A DNA stretch of 64,000 nt from Hamiltosporidium tvaerminnensis FI-OER-3-3 (taxonomy: Eukaryota > Fungi > Microsporidia): contig CM061251.1 of the NCBI GenBank assembly GCA_022605425.2, positions 62,001 through 126,000 on the forward strand. The letters are read 5' to 3'. Each line of letters begins with the position of its first letter. Within the stretch, counting starts at the first letter, position 1. The position numbers and the translations under genes are program-made. The notes beneath the pieces were generated by a model. That model did not search any database. It was not told where the DNA came from and worked only from the letters and a program-made list of their open reading frames with translations. Shown here piece by piece: positions 61,155 through 64,000 of the stretch.

Positions 61155-62853
61155 ATGTTTTTTTATATTCTTATTTGCATAGTAGCATCTCCATCGGGGA
61201 ATAACTATACTGGTATTTTGGAAGACCCAAAAACTACAGAAAATATGGATTTAAGAATTTCTTTATTTTATGACAAAACTAAAACATTTGGAGTAGATAA
61301 ACTTATTTTAGATTTTTTGCGTATTTGGTCAGAGCAGGTGGATTGGTATGCGATATTATTACGGGGAAAACTCTATTATAAAGAAGTGAAAAATTATACA
61401 GATAAAAAATATCACACAGTGTTATTATATTTTACAGCATTTGTTTGTGAAATTATATATTTTGATACCAAAAAAGCAGACATTATACATTACAAACCAG
61501 AACTTCTTTTTAATCTGATTTGTTTTGGAAGATTTTTAGAATTCATCGAAACAGATAAAAATATGATCACAGAAATAGAGAAAACGTTTAAAGATTTTGT
61601 CGTCTGAAAAAAATGTTTGCATTCCTTAAAAAAAGATATGAATAAACAAACCTGTGAAAAAGCCATAATATGCAGGAATGGAAATGTTTTGATGACAACC
61701 AACTTGATGAGGAAATAATGAAAGCAACAAAAATAAACTTTTTAATATCAAATAGGGAAAGTTTTAAAGAACTATGCGTTATTTTATCCAACGCAAAGTA
61801 TGAATTCTTTTTTGGGTTTTTCACGACATTGAAAATTGATTTTGTTGGAAAAGCAGGAGGATATCTAGAATTTTTCGTTAAAAGCACTTCAGAGAATCTA
61901 AAAATTTTCTCAGAATTTCTAGAAGAAATAAATAATACCGTAGAAATCTTGAACAAAAATATTTATTCTGAATCAGGGGATCATCAGCATAAAGATATTT
62001 TGGAATACATCTCGAAGCCAATCATTACAAAAGTTTTAAGTGATTCCATTCAATTTAATAAAATATGTGAATTTTCTAATAATATGGGTACTTTTCAAAA
62101 TGAAACAGAAGATCTTAACTTTCCCCGGATTTTAATAGAGATCTTTTATGAAGAAAATGAGGTGAATTATATAAAAACTTTATATGAATGGCTAATGAAA
62201 AAAAAAGAATATCATAAATATATCTCTGCTGTATTATGTTTAAAGGCTTTCTGTTTTAAAGGAAAATTTTCGGACAAAAATATTATAAGCAGAATCCTTA
62301 TTGAATTTTTATTCCTTGCAGATGTGTTAAAAAGGGAATTACATAAAACTGGCAATGTAGAAGAAATAAATAAGTGTAGAGAGGTTTATGTTAATGGTTT
62401 GAAAGCCCAAATCGAGTTTTCAAATAAAAAATATGCTGATAACACACCAGTTGGTTATTTGGGCGATAGTAAAGTGCTAAAAACATAAATTTTATTGGTA
62501 ATATACTGTTATATAAAAGTCTTTTCCAATGAAGATTCTATAAATTATATGATGAAACAAATAAAAGAAAAATTAAATAAAGTGCAAAATACACAAAACA
62601 AAATATTTTGTACTCCATGGAAAGGTATCTTGCATATATTTTTGAAAATGAAATTTAACAATTTACTTCTGATGAACGAATACACCTTTTTGGAACATCT
62701 AATCCACAATAACTTGGTACCCCGGGCTCTTCTGCATCTAAAAAGTTGACATAGTGGGGCTTCAGAGAGCTAATTTTATTCATAGTTGTGCTATTTCTAG
62801 TCCTTTCTGGTATTTTATTTGGAATATACTGGTATTTCCATCCTAATAAGTAA
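61155..62853 (+). pseudogene. Disrupted type-I membrane/surface protein gene
   Basis: Signal-like start (MFFYILICIVAS) and colinear ORFs 61155-61607, 61670-62488 and 62495-62749 separated by stops or frameshifts. A final frame-shifted TM helix LILFIVVLFLVLSGILFGIYWYF ends at TAA 62851-62853. Confidence 0.7.
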
Positions 62854-64000
62854 AAGAATAAAATATTTTGAATACTGAATCATTTCCTCTTTAACGTAAT
62901 TGCTTTATTTCATCTTATTTTTTTCTATTTAATACGATTTTTGAATTTTACATTTTTACAATATTATAAGTTATTTGAATTCCAGTCTTCTTTCTATAAA
63001 TCACAGTAGAAATCATATGTATCATTAAATCTATTCGATTCTTATCTTTCTAATCCTTTTTTATTGATTTCATGTTTTAAATGTAGCTTTCAGCTTTTTA
63101 TATGATATACATGGTAATGTTTCCGAATTTGATTGGAATTCCAATCTTGATTCTGAAAATTCAACTTTATAGAAAAACGGTTTCAACTGTATTTTTATGA
63201 TTCTTTTCTACTTTTCCGCAATTCTTAGATCCTAAGGAGCTTCTCATGTTGCATTATTTTATTTATTAATAATACAACGAGAACTTATAAATAAACTTTT
63301 ATCCAAGACTATGGCCTAGTAATAAGATCAAATTCTCGGGTCAAAGAGTCTTCATTCATTAATTTCTCAATTCAAAACCTAGATGCGAGTCTAGTAGTAA
63401 TGTTTTGGTATCCAAATATCTTTTATTTTTTTTCAAATGTATTGTGGTATTCCATCATGTTTTTTTTTTCAATTCCTTCCTTCGGCTTTCTCCCTGTAGA
63501 ATTGATATCTGGCAAAATGATAAATCCAGCAATTATTATCGCCATGCTTGATCTTATAGGGTCATCAAAGAAATAAAATAAACGTTTTTTTTTTGGTTTG
63601 CAACTGTTTTTAGGGAAAATTATGGTGAAAGGAAAAAGTTTAAATCCAATATTTGAAACTATAAACTTTGAAATAATATCATAGAAAAAATATCTGTTCC
63701 AACAAGAGTCTATTTCCCCCAGTTTAATCTGCTTATCTTCCTCGCAACTTTCTTTAGGATGTCTGTGTATTATATTAAGTTATTCTCTATATTTTGACCT
63801 AAAAAAATAGTAAAATAATGCAAAAACATGAGTGTGCAACAAAAATAAACTTTCGATAAAAATTAATTTATATTAGTTTGGATATATTATATTAAATTTT
63901 ACATTTATTACAATTATTGTATTTGAAACTGAACGAAAATATAAAAAAGTCTGGTAAACTAAAACAACAGAAAACATCTGTAATTTTTAGTAGTATTAAA

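Overview
Very AT-rich, gene-sparse eukaryotic DNA. Its intron-less compact genes, CCC motifs just upstream of ATGs, secreted LRR protein and abundant decayed retroelements point to a large-genome microsporidian (Hamiltosporidium-like; this is an inference). Recognisable genes are a secreted LRR protein, a single-module ZPR1, an Nha1/Sod2-type Na+/H+ antiporter, a PY-motif 3-TM protein, Pol I subunit RPA43, TBP, tRNA-Pro(TGG), a 921-aa Thr/Cys-rich surface protein, a RhoGAP and a 2047-aa Pol I largest subunit (RPA1). Mobile DNA comprises four truncated R4/Dong-like RLE LINE copies, a decayed RTE LINE, two copies of a ~235-bp bipartite RTE-derived SINE (one nested in a LINE with a TSD) and many minisatellites. 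The most striking signal is in RPA1, which carries about nine in-frame low-complexity inserts. Every insert is G-rich in its 5' half and C-rich in its 3' half, and in one 30-bp array the units swap G for C at homologous positions across the centre while keeping phase. A LINE-RhoGAP-LINE segment bounded by a 22-bp direct repeat is also notable.
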